32,000 bases of DNA. Origin: Alphaproteobacteria bacterium. Lineage in GTDB: Bacteria > Pseudomonadota > Alphaproteobacteria > UBA2136 > JAPPOO01. The notes under the pieces are model-generated. The model was not told where the DNA came from. It was given only the letters and a program-made list of their open reading frames with translations, and made no database searches. Positions 8,217 through 17,739 of this stretch are shown in pieces. The position numbers and the translations under genes are program-made. The stretch spans positions 12,588 to 44,587 of the forward strand of contig JAPPOO010000030.1 of the NCBI GenBank assembly GCA_028817875.1, in the 5' to 3' direction. Every line of letters begins with the position of its first letter. Position 1 is the stretch's first letter.

Positions 8217-8263
8217 GGGGGTGTTGCTTTTTAAATAAAATCAATAAAAATAGTATCCAATGC

Positions 8264-8292
8264 TTGACATCCCCTTGAACTTACGGTAAACC
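8264..8292 (+). promoter_or_regulatory. candidate S10-operon promoter with A/T-rich UP-like element
   Basis: TTGACA (8264-8269), 17-nt spacer, TAAACC (8287-8292, a weak -10). It is preceded by AAATAAAATCAATAAAAATAGTAT. Confidence 0.4.
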
Positions 8293-8492
8293 GCCCCACA
8301 CATCAGTAATAGATGAAGCAGAGAGTGCCCTGAGAATGCCAAAGTTATAGGGTACGGTAGGACCCCCAAAAGGATGGCGACTGGGTCCGTTTGTTTTTGT
8401 CTAATACTGTATAAAGATAGGTTCACAGGCCTCTAGGAAGGTAATGTATAGGACAATTACCCGCCTAAGCCTACAAGGAGTAGAAACCAGAT

Positions 8493-8804
8493 ATGGATGC
8501 GACCCAAAACATTAAAATCCGCCTGAAATCATATGATCACGCGGTTTTGGATGAATCCACAAAAGAGATTGTAGAAACGGCAAAGCGGACCGGTGCTAAA
8601 GTGCGCGGGCCTATTCCATTGCCAACAAATATTGAGCGTTTTTGTGTACTACGTTCCCCTCACGTGAATAAAAAGTCTCGTGAGCACTTTGAGATGCGTA
8701 CACACAAGCGTCTGATGGAAATTTTAGAACCAACACCACAAACAATTGATGCGTTGATGAAGCTAGACCTAGCTTCTGGTGTTGATGTACAGATTAAATT
8801 GTAA
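8493..8804 (+). CDS. rpsJ: 30S ribosomal protein S10
   Basis: [16 protein letters not shown]…[33 protein letters not shown]. Confidence 0.97.
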   Translation: MDATQNIKIRLKSYDHAVLDESTKEIVETAKRTGAKVRGPIPLPTNIERFCVLRSPHVNKKSREHFEMRTHKRLMEILEPTPQTIDALMKLDLASGVDVQIKL

Positions 8805-8820
8805 GGCGGGGGACTGAAAA

Positions 8821-9459
8821 ATGCGTACAGGCCTAATTGCCAAAAAAGTAGGGATGACTCGTGTATTTGACGAGACTGGTCGTCACGTTCCTGTAACTGT
8901 ATTGCAGGTAACAGATGCTGAAGTTGTTTCTCAAAAAACAGAAGAGAAAGACGGTTACACAGCTATTCAAATTGGTGCTTTTAACCAAAAAGAACAGCGT
9001 GTTAGCAAGCCGATGCTAGGGCACTTTAAAAAAGCTAAAGTTGCTCCTAAGCAAGTGGTAAAAGAATTTCGTGTAGATGCGGATAACCTTATGGAAGCAG
9101 GCGCTGCTGTAAAAGTAGACTTGTTTGCCGAAGGTCAGTTTGTTGACATTACAGGGAACAGCAAAGGGTGTGGTTTTACAGGGGCGATGAAGCGTTGGAA
9201 CTTCGCTGGATTACGTGCAACGCACGGTGTATCCATTTCTCACCGTTCCCATGGTTCTACCGGTCAAAACCAAAATCCTGGTAAAGTTTTTAAAGGTAAA
9301 AAGATGGCTGGTCACTCTGGTAATGAACGTATTACACAACAAAACTTAAAAATCGTTAAAGTTGACACTGACAAAGGTGTTCTTTTGGTAAAAGGTTCCG
9401 TACCTGGCTCCAAAGGGCAAGTTGTTCTTGTACGTGATGCGGTTAAAAAGACGGCTTAG
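8821..9459 (+). CDS. rplC: 50S ribosomal protein L3
   Basis: [30 protein letters not shown]. Position after rpsJ. Confidence 0.97.
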   Translation: MRTGLIAKKVGMTRVFDETGRHVPVTVLQVTDAEVVSQKTEEKDGYTAIQIGAFNQKEQRVSKPMLGHFKKAKVAPKQVVKEFRVDADNLMEAGAAVKVDLFAEGQFVDITGNSKGCGFTGAMKRWNFAGLRATHGVSISHRSHGSTGQNQNPGKVFKGKKMAGHSGNERITQQNLKIVKVDTDKGVLLVKGSVPGSKGQVVLVRDAVKKTA

Positions 9460-9473
9460 GAGAGGATTGAACG

Positions 9474-10202
9474 ATGAAAATGGACATCATTAACCTAGAC
9501 GGTAAAAACGTTGGAAGTCTGGACTTGGCTGATAGCGTTTTCGGTCTGGCCGAACGTAAAGATTTGTTACACCGCGTTGTAACTTGGCAGCTGGCTCATG
9601 CCCGTCAAGGAAGCGCAAACACCAAGTGCCGTGGAGAGATTTCTCGCACAAGTGCTAAGCTGTACCGTCAAAAAGGGACAGGGAATGCACGTCACGGTTC
9701 TAAGCGTTCTAATATTTTTGTAGGCGGTGCAACTCAGTTTGGACCAAAACCTAGAGATTTCGGGTTTAGCCTAAACAAAAAAATTCGGACACTAGCTCTA
9801 AAAACAGCGTTGTCCAGCAAGTTAGCACGTAAAGAGGTGGTTGTTATTGATAAAGCAGCTACTAAAACGCACAAAACAAAAGATTTGGCCGCTCAACTAG
9901 CAAAGCTTGATCTTCAAAGCGCAACATTCATCGTTGACAGCTACGATGATAACTTTGATAAAGCAAGCCGTAACTTGCCTCATATCAAGGTAATGCCAAC
10001 AGAAGGGGCAAACGTTTACGACATTTTGCGTCAAGATAAATTGGTATTGACGGAAGAGGCCGTAAAACTGCTGGAAGTTCGTTTGGTAGGTACTTCTGCA
10101 CCAGCTAAAGCTGAAGAAGTAAAAGAGAAAGCACCAGCCAAAAAGCCTGCTGCTAAAAAGCCAGCAGCTAAGAAAACGACTGCGAAGAAGGAGGCTGAAT
10201 AA
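9474..10202 (+). CDS. rplD: 50S ribosomal protein L4 (with Lys/Ala/Pro-rich C-terminal tail)
   Basis: …YRQKGTGNARHGSKRSNIFVGGATQFGPKPRDF…. The tail is [34 protein letters not shown]. The stop overlaps the rplW start (TAATG). Confidence 0.96.
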   Translation: MKMDIINLDGKNVGSLDLADSVFGLAERKDLLHRVVTWQLAHARQGSANTKCRGEISRTSAKLYRQKGTGNARHGSKRSNIFVGGATQFGPKPRDFGFSLNKKIRTLALKTALSSKLARKEVVVIDKAATKTHKTKDLAAQLAKLDLQSATFIVDSYDDNFDKASRNLPHIKVMPTEGANVYDILRQDKLVLTEEAVKLLEVRLVGTSAPAKAEEVKEKAPAKKPAAKKPAAKKTTAKKEAE

Positions 10203-10507
10203 TGGCCAAAGCACAACCGACAGAGCGTATGTTACAAATTTTGAAGCGTCCGCTGGTAACTGAGAAAACAGCAGCGCAAGCAGAGGGTAACTGGGTAACT
10301 TTTGAAGTTATTACTGATGCTAGAAAACCAGAAATTCGTACAGCAATTGAGCGTTTGTACGGTGTAGACGTACTACAGGTAAATACCTTGATTCAAAAAG
10401 GAAAACGTAAAGGTTTTCGCGGAGTTTCAGGTAAACGGAGCGACATGAAAAAAGCCTTTATTAAGGTGAAAGATGGTCAATCTATCGATGTTGCAGCTGG
10501 TCTGTAA
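10202..10507 (+). CDS. rplW: 50S ribosomal protein L23
   Basis: LKRPLVTEKTAAQAEGNWVTFEV. Operon position. Confidence 0.96.
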   Translation: MAKAQPTERMLQILKRPLVTEKTAAQAEGNWVTFEVITDARKPEIRTAIERLYGVDVLQVNTLIQKGKRKGFRGVSGKRSDMKKAFIKVKDGQSIDVAAGL

Positions 10508-10553
10508 AGAGAATTGTAAGTAAAGATTAAATAGAGAAAGAAGGTCAAAGCAA

Positions 10554-11393
10554 ATGGCGCTGAACACCTACAAACCAACATCTCCGGGCCGTCGCCAGCT
10601 GGTAACGGTAAACAAAAGTCACTTGTACAAAGGGGCTCCTGAGAAAACACTGGTTGAATCTACAAAAAAATCAGGCGGTCGTAACAATACCGGACGTATC
10701 ACTGTGCGTCGTCGTGGTGGTGGACACAAACGTAAGTACCGTATTATCGACTTTAAACGTAATAAATTTGATGTTGCGGCTAAAGTTGAACGTCTTGAGT
10801 ACGATCCGAACCGTAATGCATTTATTGCGCTTATTCAGTACACAGATGGTGAAAAAGCTTACATTTTGGCACCACAGCGTGTTCAGCCGGGCGATACCGT
10901 TATGGCTGGTACCGAGGTTGATATTGTGCCAGGTAACGCATTGCCATTGAAGAACATTCCTGTTGGTACAGTTATTCACAATGTTGAAATGAAACCTGGT
11001 AAAGGTGGACAAATGGCGCGTGCTGCTGGGACATACGTTCAAATTATTGGACGTGATGGTATGTTGACACAGCTACGTTTGGCTTCTGGCGAAACACGTG
11101 CTGTACACGAAGATTGCATGGCAACAGTTGGAGCTGTCTCAAATCCCGAGCACAACAATACACAGCTTGGTAAGGCTGGTCGTTCCCGTTGGTTGGGTAA
11201 CCGTCCTAAGGTTCGTGGTGTTGTGATGAACCCTGTTGATCACCCACACGGTGGTGGTGAAGGTAAAACATCAGGCGGACGTCATCCTGTGACACCTTGG
11301 GGTAAACCAACAAAAGGAGCCAAAACACGGGCGCCTAAGAAGCCAAGCAATAAGATGATTATCCGGTCTCGTCACCAGGCGAAGCGGAAGTAA
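10554..11393 (+). CDS. rplB: 50S ribosomal protein L2
   Basis: …[29 protein letters not shown]…[26 protein letters not shown]. Confidence 0.97.
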   Translation: MALNTYKPTSPGRRQLVTVNKSHLYKGAPEKTLVESTKKSGGRNNTGRITVRRRGGGHKRKYRIIDFKRNKFDVAAKVERLEYDPNRNAFIALIQYTDGEKAYILAPQRVQPGDTVMAGTEVDIVPGNALPLKNIPVGTVIHNVEMKPGKGGQMARAAGTYVQIIGRDGMLTQLRLASGETRAVHEDCMATVGAVSNPEHNNTQLGKAGRSRWLGNRPKVRGVVMNPVDHPHGGGEGKTSGGRHPVTPWGKPTKGAKTRAPKKPSNKMIIRSRHQAKRK

Positions 11394-11469
11394 TGCTTGA
11401 CAAAAAAGAGGTTTAACAGTACGCAAGAGCGCACTGCAACAAAGATAGAAGAGTAAAGAGAGAGCGAAA

Positions 11470-11742
11470 ATGGCACGTTCAGTTAAAAAGGGACCTTTTG
11501 TAGACCATCACTTGATGGCAAAGGTTGAAAAAATGCTAGAAGGCGGTAAGAAGCAGGTTATTAAAACTTGGTCACGCCGTAGTATGATTATGCCTGAGTT
11601 TGCAGGGTACACATTTGCAGTACATAACGGTAACAAGTTTGTTCCTGTTCTTGTGACAGATAATATGATTGGTCACAAGTTAGGTGAATTCGCCCCAACC
11701 CGTACATTTGGCGGTCATGGCGATAAGAAAACGAAGAAGTAG
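11470..11742 (+). CDS. rpsS: 30S ribosomal protein S19
   Basis: [15 protein letters not shown]…[16 protein letters not shown]. Confidence 0.97.
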   Translation: MARSVKKGPFVDHHLMAKVEKMLEGGKKQVIKTWSRRSMIMPEFAGYTFAVHNGNKFVPVLVTDNMIGHKLGEFAPTRTFGGHGDKKTKK

Positions 11743-11757
11743 TAGGAAAGTAGGACA

Positions 11758-12156
11758 ATGAGCAAGCAAAGCACTCCGCGTCGTTTAGCTGATACCGAAG
11801 CCCGCGCAGTTTTACGTGGTATTAAAGGTAGTCAGCAAAAAGCAGGCCTAGTACTAGCGATGATTCGTAACAAACCTGTAGAGCAGGCATTGGCCGATTT
11901 GCAGTTTAGTCGCAAAGGCTTGGCTGTGGACGCACAAAAATTATTGCAATCAGCTATTGCAAATGCTGAAAACAATCACGATCTAAACGTAGATAAGTTA
12001 TTTGTAAAGGAAGCATATGCCGACAAATCTATGGTGCTAAAGCGTTTTCGCGCACGGGCACGTGGCCGTGCTGCTAAAATTTTGAAGCCGCGTTGTCATA
12101 TGACAATCGTGGTTGCTGAAAAAAACGAACCTAAAGCCGAAGCGGCTAAAGCGTAA
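11758..12156 (+). CDS. rplV: 50S ribosomal protein L22
   Basis: …[30 protein letters not shown]…[19 protein letters not shown]. Confidence 0.96.
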   Translation: MSKQSTPRRLADTEARAVLRGIKGSQQKAGLVLAMIRNKPVEQALADLQFSRKGLAVDAQKLLQSAIANAENNHDLNVDKLFVKEAYADKSMVLKRFRARARGRAAKILKPRCHMTIVVAEKNEPKAEAAKA

Positions 12157-12170
12157 AGGAAGGACGACGT

Positions 12171-12827
12171 ATGGGACAAAAAGTAAATCCGATCGGCCTG
12201 CGTTTAGGGATTAACAAATCTTGGCAATCTTTATGGTTTGCCGGAAAAGATTATCCAGCCCTATTGCAGGAAGATGAGCAAATCCGTAAGTTTTTGAACA
12301 AGCGTCTTAAAAATGCCGGAATTGCACGTATCGTGATCGAACGCCCAAGCAAAAAGTGCCGCGTGTTTATCCACACAGCTCGCCCTGGTGTAATCATCGG
12401 TAAAAAAGGTGCTGAAATTGAGACTTTGCGTAAAGAGTTGCAAAAGCTAAGTAGAGACGAAGTTCTACTAAACATTGTAGAAGTGCGTAAGCCTGACATT
12501 GATGCGCAGTTGGTTGCTGAGAATGTAGCAAGTCAGCTAGAGCGTCGCGTTTCTTACCGTCGCGCAATGAAACGTGCTGTACAAAATGCACTGACAAACG
12601 GTGGCGAAGGAATTCGTATTTGTTTGTCTGGTCGTTTGTCTGGTGCTGAGATTGCACGGACCGAGTGGTACATCGAAGGTCGTCTGCCGTTGCACACATT
12701 ACGTGCGGACATTGATTATGGTTTTGCTGAAGCCCAAACCACATACGGTGTGATTGGTGTGAAAGTATGGGTAAACCACGGTGAGAAGTACACAGTGGAT
12801 CGCCCGTCTGCAGAGCAAACAAATTAA
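12171..12827 (+). CDS. rpsC: 30S ribosomal protein S3
   Basis: [24 protein letters not shown]…[31 protein letters not shown]. Confidence 0.97.
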   Translation: MGQKVNPIGLRLGINKSWQSLWFAGKDYPALLQEDEQIRKFLNKRLKNAGIARIVIERPSKKCRVFIHTARPGVIIGKKGAEIETLRKELQKLSRDEVLLNIVEVRKPDIDAQLVAENVASQLERRVSYRRAMKRAVQNALTNGGEGIRICLSGRLSGAEIARTEWYIEGRLPLHTLRADIDYGFAEAQTTYGVIGVKVWVNHGEKYTVDRPSAEQTN

Positions 12828-12857
12828 AGTATAAGTTTAAGTTGAAGGAATACAGCA

Positions 12858-13271
12858 ATGCTGCAACCGAAAAAAACCAAATTTAGAAAAGCCCACAAAG
12901 GTCGTATTCACGGCAATGCTAAGGGCGGAACAGATGTAAGCTTCGGTGATTTTGGCTTAAAAGCGACAACACCTGAGCGTGTGACCGCACGTCAAATTGA
13001 AGCTGCACGTCGGGCTATGACACGTTACACAGGCCGTGCTGGAAGAGTTTGGATTCGCATCTTTCCAGATGTACCAGTATCCTCTAAGCCAGCCGAGGTT
13101 CGGATGGGTAAAGGTAAAGGATCACCAGAATTTTGGGTTGCACGGGTTAAACCTGGCCGTGTGATGTACGAAATCGGTGGTGTTCCTGAAGAAATGGCGC
13201 GTGAAGCGTTCCGTTTGGCTGCAATGAAATTGCCTGTAAAGTGCAAATTCGTAACGCGTCAACACGGGTAA
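12858..13271 (+). CDS. rplP: 50S ribosomal protein L16
   Basis: [19 protein letters not shown]…[24 protein letters not shown]. Confidence 0.97.
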   Translation: MLQPKKTKFRKAHKGRIHGNAKGGTDVSFGDFGLKATTPERVTARQIEAARRAMTRYTGRAGRVWIRIFPDVPVSSKPAEVRMGKGKGSPEFWVARVKPGRVMYEIGGVPEEMAREAFRLAAMKLPVKCKFVTRQHG

Positions 13272-13286
13272 GGGAGAAAAGTTAAA

Positions 13287-13502
13287 ATGGCTGCAATACA
13301 GATTCAAGAGTACCGCGGAATGACTGCGGCACAAGGAAAAGAAGCTTTGCTAAAGCTACGCAAAGAGCAAATGAACTTACGTTTCCAAAAAGCGACAGGG
13401 CAGTTGGAAAACCCAAATCGCTTACGTGAAATAAAGTTGGAAATTGCACGGTTAAAAACAGCAGCGGTAGAGCTTGCTGCTAAAGAGAAGGGGCAAAACT
13501 AA
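13287..13502 (+). CDS. rpmC: 50S ribosomal protein L29
   Basis: 71 aa, …[30 protein letters not shown]. Position between rplP and rpsQ. TAATG overlap with rpsQ. Confidence 0.94.
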   Translation: MAAIQIQEYRGMTAAQGKEALLKLRKEQMNLRFQKATGQLENPNRLREIKLEIARLKTAAVELAAKEKGQN

Positions 13503-13750
13503 TGCCAAGACGAGTTCTACAAGGTGAAGTAGTAAGCACCAAGGCTGATAAAACTGCTGTGGTATTGGTGGAGCGTACAGTGACGCACCCGCTGTATGGT
13601 AAAACAATGCGTAAAAGCAAAAAATACCATGCACACGATGCAGACAATAGCTGCACAGTGGGGCAAAAGGTTCAAATTATTGAAACAACACCTATTTCTA
13701 AGTTGAAACGCTTTGAGGTGTTGAACACTGAAACAAGCGCAAAGGCGTAA
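13502..13750 (+). CDS. rpsQ: 30S ribosomal protein S17
   Basis: [46 protein letters not shown]. Confidence 0.96.
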   Translation: MPRRVLQGEVVSTKADKTAVVLVERTVTHPLYGKTMRKSKKYHAHDADNSCTVGQKVQIIETTPISKLKRFEVLNTETSAKA

Positions 13751-13763
13751 GGAGAGTAAAACA

Positions 13764-14132
13764 ATGATTCAGGTCGAAACACAGCTGAACGTAGCGGACA
13801 ACTCTGGTGCTCGTCGCGTACAGTGTATCAAGGTGCTTGGTGGCTCTAAGCGTCGTTATGCTCGCATCGGTGATATTATCGTTGTGAGTGTTAAGGATGC
13901 TCTACCACGCGGAAAAGTGAAAAAAGGTGATGTAGCACGCGCAGTTGTTGTACGTACAGCTAAAGAAACTCAGCGTAAGGACGGTACGGCTATTCGTTTT
14001 GACCAAAACGCAGCTGTACTTGTGGACAAAAAGAACGAGCCTGTAGGAACACGTATTTTTGGCCCAGTAGCACGTGAGTTGCGCGCACGTAAATTTATGA
14101 AAATTGTGTCATTGGCACCGGAGGTACTTTAA
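13764..14132 (+). CDS. rplN: 50S ribosomal protein L14
   Basis: [33 protein letters not shown]. Confidence 0.97.
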   Translation: MIQVETQLNVADNSGARRVQCIKVLGGSKRRYARIGDIIVVSVKDALPRGKVKKGDVARAVVVRTAKETQRKDGTAIRFDQNAAVLVDKKNEPVGTRIFGPVARELRARKFMKIVSLAPEVL

Positions 14133-14133
14133 A

Positions 14134-14490
14134 ATGGCAACATTAAATTCGAGATTGAAAAAAGGTGACGAAGTTATCGTCATCACTGGTAAGGATAAAG
14201 GTAAGAAAGGGAAAATCACATCAGTGGATACCCAAGAAAACCGTGTTGTTGTTGCTGGTATTAATCAGGTTAAAAAACACATCTCTCAACGCGAAGCAAT
14301 GCGTCTTCAACGTGAGCCAGGTGTGGAAACAAAAGAAATGCCAATTCAGGTATCCAACGTTATGTTGGCCGATCCTAAAACAGGTGAACCAACACGTGTA
14401 GGTGTTAAGCTGGATGAAAAAGGCAATAAAGTGCGTTTTGCTAAAAAGAGCGGCGAAACGATAGATACAATTAAACAGGCGAAGAAGTAG
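14134..14490 (+). CDS. rplX: 50S ribosomal protein L24
   Basis: MATLNSRLKKGDEVIVITGKDKGKKGKITSV. Start moved to ATG 14134, which has GGAGG upstream. The track start at 14104 lies inside rplN. Confidence 0.95.
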   Translation: MATLNSRLKKGDEVIVITGKDKGKKGKITSVDTQENRVVVAGINQVKKHISQREAMRLQREPGVETKEMPIQVSNVMLADPKTGEPTRVGVKLDEKGNKVRFAKKSGETIDTIKQAKK

Positions 14491-14499
14491 GGCTAAAAG

Positions 14500-15057
14500 A
14501 TGGCATATACACCACGCTTTAAGGAGCTTTACAACAACGAAGTAAAAGGGTTGTTGGCAAAGCAGTTTGAATACAAAAATGTAATGCAAACTCCAAAGCT
14601 TGAGAAAATTGTTCTCAACATGGGAGTTGGCGAAGCATCTCAAGATCGTAAGGCAGTTGAAAACGCAGTTGCAGATATGCGTTTGATTGCAGCTCAAGAG
14701 CCTGTGGTAACACGTGCTCGCAAATCTATCGCTGGTTTTAAAATCCGTGAAGGTATGCCGATTGGCTGTAAAGTAACGCTACGCGGTACTATGATGTACG
14801 AATTTTTAGATCGTTTAGTGACAATCGCACTGCCACGTGTACGCGACTTTGAAGGCATTTCTGCTAAATCTTTCGATGGTCGTGGAAACTATGCTTTAGG
14901 GATTAAAGAGCAAATCATTTTCCCTGAGATTGATTTTGACAAGACAGATAAAATTCGCGGGATGGACATCATTATTTGTACATCCGCTAAAACGGATGAA
15001 GAGGCAAAAGCACTGCTTGCAGGCTTTGGTATGCCTTTCCGTAAGAAGATTCAGTAA
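14500..15057 (+). CDS. rplE: 50S ribosomal protein L5
   Basis: …[20 protein letters not shown]…[20 protein letters not shown]. Confidence 0.97.
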   Translation: MAYTPRFKELYNNEVKGLLAKQFEYKNVMQTPKLEKIVLNMGVGEASQDRKAVENAVADMRLIAAQEPVVTRARKSIAGFKIREGMPIGCKVTLRGTMMYEFLDRLVTIALPRVRDFEGISAKSFDGRGNYALGIKEQIIFPEIDFDKTDKIRGMDIIICTSAKTDEEAKALLAGFGMPFRKKIQ

Positions 15058-15074
15058 AGGAGAGACCAACTGGA

Positions 15075-15380
15075 ATGGCTAAAGTAGGGATGATTAACCG
15101 GGAAGCTAAGCGTACACGTTTAGCAAACAGAGACGGTGAAAAACGTATAGCTCTGAAAGCAATCATTAAAAATGAAGAGCTTTCTTTTGAAGAGCGTATG
15201 GCAGCGCGGGACAAACTGAACAAGCTACCACGTGATGGTGCTAAAATTCGCGGCCGTAATCGTTGTCAATTCACAGGTCGTCCACGTGGTTACCACCGTC
15301 GCTTTGGTATTTCTCGTGTAGCATTGCGTCAAATGGCTGCAAACGGTTTGTTGCCTGGTGTGAAAAAAGCCAGCTGGTAA
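15075..15380 (+). CDS. rpsN: 30S ribosomal protein S14 (long, 101-aa form)
   Basis: …[41 protein letters not shown]. Confidence 0.96.
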   Translation: MAKVGMINREAKRTRLANRDGEKRIALKAIIKNEELSFEERMAARDKLNKLPRDGAKIRGRNRCQFTGRPRGYHRRFGISRVALRQMAANGLLPGVKKASW

Positions 15381-15396
15381 GAGAAGGAATAAAATT

Positions 15397-15795
15397 ATGA
15401 CAATGAACGACCCAATTGCAGATATGCTAACACGCCTCCGTAATGGGCAAGGTGCCCGTAAGAAAGAGGTTATAATTCCTGCATCACGCTTGAAAAAAGC
15501 TGTTCTAAACGTATTGACTGAAGAAGGTTACTTGCGCGGCGTAGAAGAGGGGACTGATGACAAAGGTCACCCAACACTAGTAGCGCAAATGAAATACTAC
15601 CAAGGTAAACCTGTAATGAGTGAAATCAAGCGTGTTTCTACACCTGGTTTACGTCAGTACAGCCCTTCTCAGGAAATTCCAATGGTACGGACTGGTTTGG
15701 GAATTACAATTGTTTCTACCTCTAAAGGGGTAATGACAGACACAAGCGCACGCGCCCAAAACGTGGGTGGCGAAGTATTGTGCCAAGTATTTTAA
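15397..15795 (+). CDS. rpsH: 30S ribosomal protein S8
   Basis: [25 protein letters not shown]…GGEVLCQVF. Confidence 0.97.
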   Translation: MTMNDPIADMLTRLRNGQGARKKEVIIPASRLKKAVLNVLTEEGYLRGVEEGTDDKGHPTLVAQMKYYQGKPVMSEIKRVSTPGLRQYSPSQEIPMVRTGLGITIVSTSKGVMTDTSARAQNVGGEVLCQVF

Positions 15796-15833
15796 TATTA
15801 ATTTAAAGAGAAAAGTAGGGAGTATTAAGGTCC

Positions 15834-16367
15834 ATGTCTCGTATAGGTAAAGCTCCAGTAGCTATTCCACAAGGGGTAGAGGTGGCTCTGAACGGACGCA
15901 AAATCCGCGTTAAAGGCCCTAAAGGTGAACTAAGTTGGGATTTACCACATGATATAACAGCGAGTGTAGCTGATAATCAAGTGGCTCTAACAGTTGCTCA
16001 AGAGCAGAAACGTTATCGCGCCATGTGGGGAACATCACGTGCGTTGATTGCCAATATGGTAACAGGTGTGACAGAAGGTTATAACATTCCACTAAAGCTT
16101 ATTGGTGTTGGTTATCGTGCTAACATGCAAGGTAACAAGCTTGTGCTAAACGTTGGTTACAGCCACCCTGTTGAAATGGAATTACCTGCTGGTGTTTCTG
16201 CTGTCGTAACGGAAAACACAGATGTTGCAATTTCCGGTATTGATAAGCAAAAAGTTGGTGAGTTTGCTGCAAATGTACGCCGTGTACGTCCGCCTGAGCC
16301 ATTTAAAGGTAAGGGTATCCGCTACGCAAATGAGTACATTGCAATGAAAGAAGGTAAGAAGAAGTAA
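15834..16367 (+). CDS. rplF: 50S ribosomal protein L6
   Basis: MSRIGKAPVAIPQGVEV…LIGVGYRA…PEPFKGKGIRYANEYI. Confidence 0.97.
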   Translation: MSRIGKAPVAIPQGVEVALNGRKIRVKGPKGELSWDLPHDITASVADNQVALTVAQEQKRYRAMWGTSRALIANMVTGVTEGYNIPLKLIGVGYRANMQGNKLVLNVGYSHPVEMELPAGVSAVVTENTDVAISGIDKQKVGEFAANVRRVRPPEPFKGKGIRYANEYIAMKEGKKK

Positions 16368-16394
16368 ACCTAGTTTACGGATTACCAAGAATTC

Positions 16395-16423
16395 AAGGGG
16401 GGCAATTAGCCCCCCTTATTTTT
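16395..16423 (+). terminator. intrinsic terminator inside the spc cluster (after rplF)
   Basis: G/C-rich hairpin AAGGGGGGC-AATTA-GCCCCCCTT followed by ATTTTT. Confidence 0.7.
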
Positions 16424-16453
16424 CACAATAAACAAGTTTTTAGGAAAAATACC

Positions 16454-16482
16454 TTGCCAAAAGCCTCATTTACCCCTATAAG
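16454..16482 (+). promoter_or_regulatory. candidate internal promoter for rplR-rpsE-rpmD-rplO
   Basis: TTGCCA (16454-16459), 17-nt spacer, TATAAG (16477-16482). It lies about 110 nt upstream of rplR. Confidence 0.45.
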
Positions 16483-16595
16483 CCCACATGAGGGTTTGTA
16501 TTCAAAACCTCCCTTGGGTTTGGAGAGAGTCAATACCAAGGTAATGTGCCGGCAATAAATTAATTTAAGTTGCTGGGTAACTAAGGAGAAATAAA

Positions 16596-16961
16596 ATGAC
16601 GAATCATAATAATCGTGGTTTGCGTGCGTCTCGTACACGTCACACGCTAAAAACTGCGGCACGTCGGAACGATCGGGCTCGTTTGTCCGTGTTTCGGAGT
16701 AATGTGCACATTTACGCGCAAATTATTAGCGATGCAGAAGGTAAAACCCTTGTATCTGCATCCACGGTTGATAAAAAACTGCGCAAAGATATTAAAAATA
16801 CAATGTCCGCTGAAGCTGCTGTAACAGTAGGAAAAGAAATTGCCAAGCGCGCAACAGCCGCTGGCATTAAGGACGTTTATTTTGACCGTGGGGGCCGCCA
16901 ATACGCAGGCCGTATTAAAGCACTAGCTGACGCTGCACGCGAAGCTGGCCTCAACTTCTAA
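16596..16961 (+). CDS. rplR: 50S ribosomal protein L18
   Basis: …[20 protein letters not shown]…[26 protein letters not shown]. Confidence 0.96.
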   Translation: MTNHNNRGLRASRTRHTLKTAARRNDRARLSVFRSNVHIYAQIISDAEGKTLVSASTVDKKLRKDIKNTMSAEAAVTVGKEIAKRATAAGIKDVYFDRGGRQYAGRIKALADAAREAGLNF

Positions 16962-16974
16962 GGAGATTTTAAAA

Positions 16975-17739
16975 ATGGCATTTGTAGAACGTCAAAATGA
17001 ACGTAGCGAATTAGTTGATAAGCTGGTTGGTGTACGTCGTGTCGCCAAAACAGTTAAAGGTGGTCGCCGTATGGCTTTCTCCGCAATCGTAGTTGTAGGA
17101 GACGAAGGTGGCCGTGTTGGTTGGGCAAAAGGTAAAGCACGTGAAGTGCCGGATGCTGTGCGTAAAGCAACAGACTCCGCCAAACGTGGTATGGTACGTG
17201 TACCAATGCGCCATGGTCGTACAATCCACCATGAAATTGAAGGTCGTTTCGGAGCTGCTAAAGTAATTCTTAAGCCAGCTGTTCCTGGTACAGGGATTAT
17301 CGCAGGTGGTCCAATGCGTGCTGTGTTTGAAGCCATGGGGATGAAAGACATTGTTGCTAAGTCCTTAGGCTCTAATAATCCATTTAACCTAATCAGTGCA
17401 ACGTTTGATGCTTTTGAGCGCATGGAAACACCACGTGCTATCGCTGCTAAGCGTGGCCTAAAAGCAAGTGACTTGGTACTATACCGCCAAGAAGCTGCTA
17501 AAGGTGATGTAGACGCGAAAGAAGAGTCTGAAAAAGCTGCTGAAGAAGCAAAAGCAAAGAAAGCTGAGAAAAAGGCTGCTCCTAAAAAAGCCGCTAAAAA
17601 GCCAGCTGCAAAGAAAGCTCCTGCTAAAAAAGCAGAAAAAACAGACGTAAAAGCCGATGCGAAGCCTGCAAAAGAGGCAAAAGCTGAAACAAAAGAAGCT
17701 AAGGCAAAGCCAGAAGCTAAAACTGAGGAGGCTAAGTAA
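16975..17739 (+). CDS. rpsE: 30S ribosomal protein S5 (with 81-aa Lys/Ala/Glu/Pro-rich C-terminal tail)
   Basis: …[49 protein letters not shown]…. The low-complexity tail runs from about nt 17494. TAATG overlap with rpmD. Confidence 0.96.
   Translation: MAFVERQNERSELVDKLVGVRRVAKTVKGGRRMAFSAIVVVGDEGGRVGWAKGKAREVPDAVRKATDSAKRGMVRVPMRHGRTIHHEIEGRFGAAKVILKPAVPGTGIIAGGPMRAVFEAMGMKDIVAKSLGSNNPFNLISATFDAFERMETPRAIAAKRGLKASDLVLYRQEAAKGDVDAKEESEKAAEEAKAKKAEKKAAPKKAAKKPAAKKAPAKKAEKTDVKADAKPAKEAKAETKEAKAKPEAKTEEAK

Noticed and set aside
7860-8240. Two-piece or one-piece tmRNA (ssrA). A T-loop-like TTCGAATCC at 8126-8134 and a minus-strand GGGATTCGAAAC are reminiscent of the tmRNA 5' GGATTCGAC.
   Set aside because: No GGGG acceptor start and no T arm followed by an acceptor strand plus CCA on either strand. 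No short tag ORF beginning with Ala and ending in a hydrophobic-AA stop. The TTCGAATCC is not flanked by a 5-bp complementary T stem.
8241-8426. 61-aa minus-strand ORF in the rpsJ upstream region.
   Set aside because: It overlaps the candidate S10 promoter and leader on the opposite strand. No RBS and no recognisable similarity.
12394-12858. 154-aa minus ORF. Similar antisense ORFs occur at 14221-14697, 10671-11042, 9897-10214, 17904-18344 and 21354-21947.
   Set aside because: All lie antisense to, or out of frame within, strongly supported ribosomal-protein genes. They have no independent start signals.
16423-16662. 79-aa minus ORF in the rplF-rplR spacer.
   Set aside because: It runs antisense across the rplR start and the promoter candidate. 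No RBS or recognisable motif. The spacer is better explained by a terminator, a promoter and a leader.
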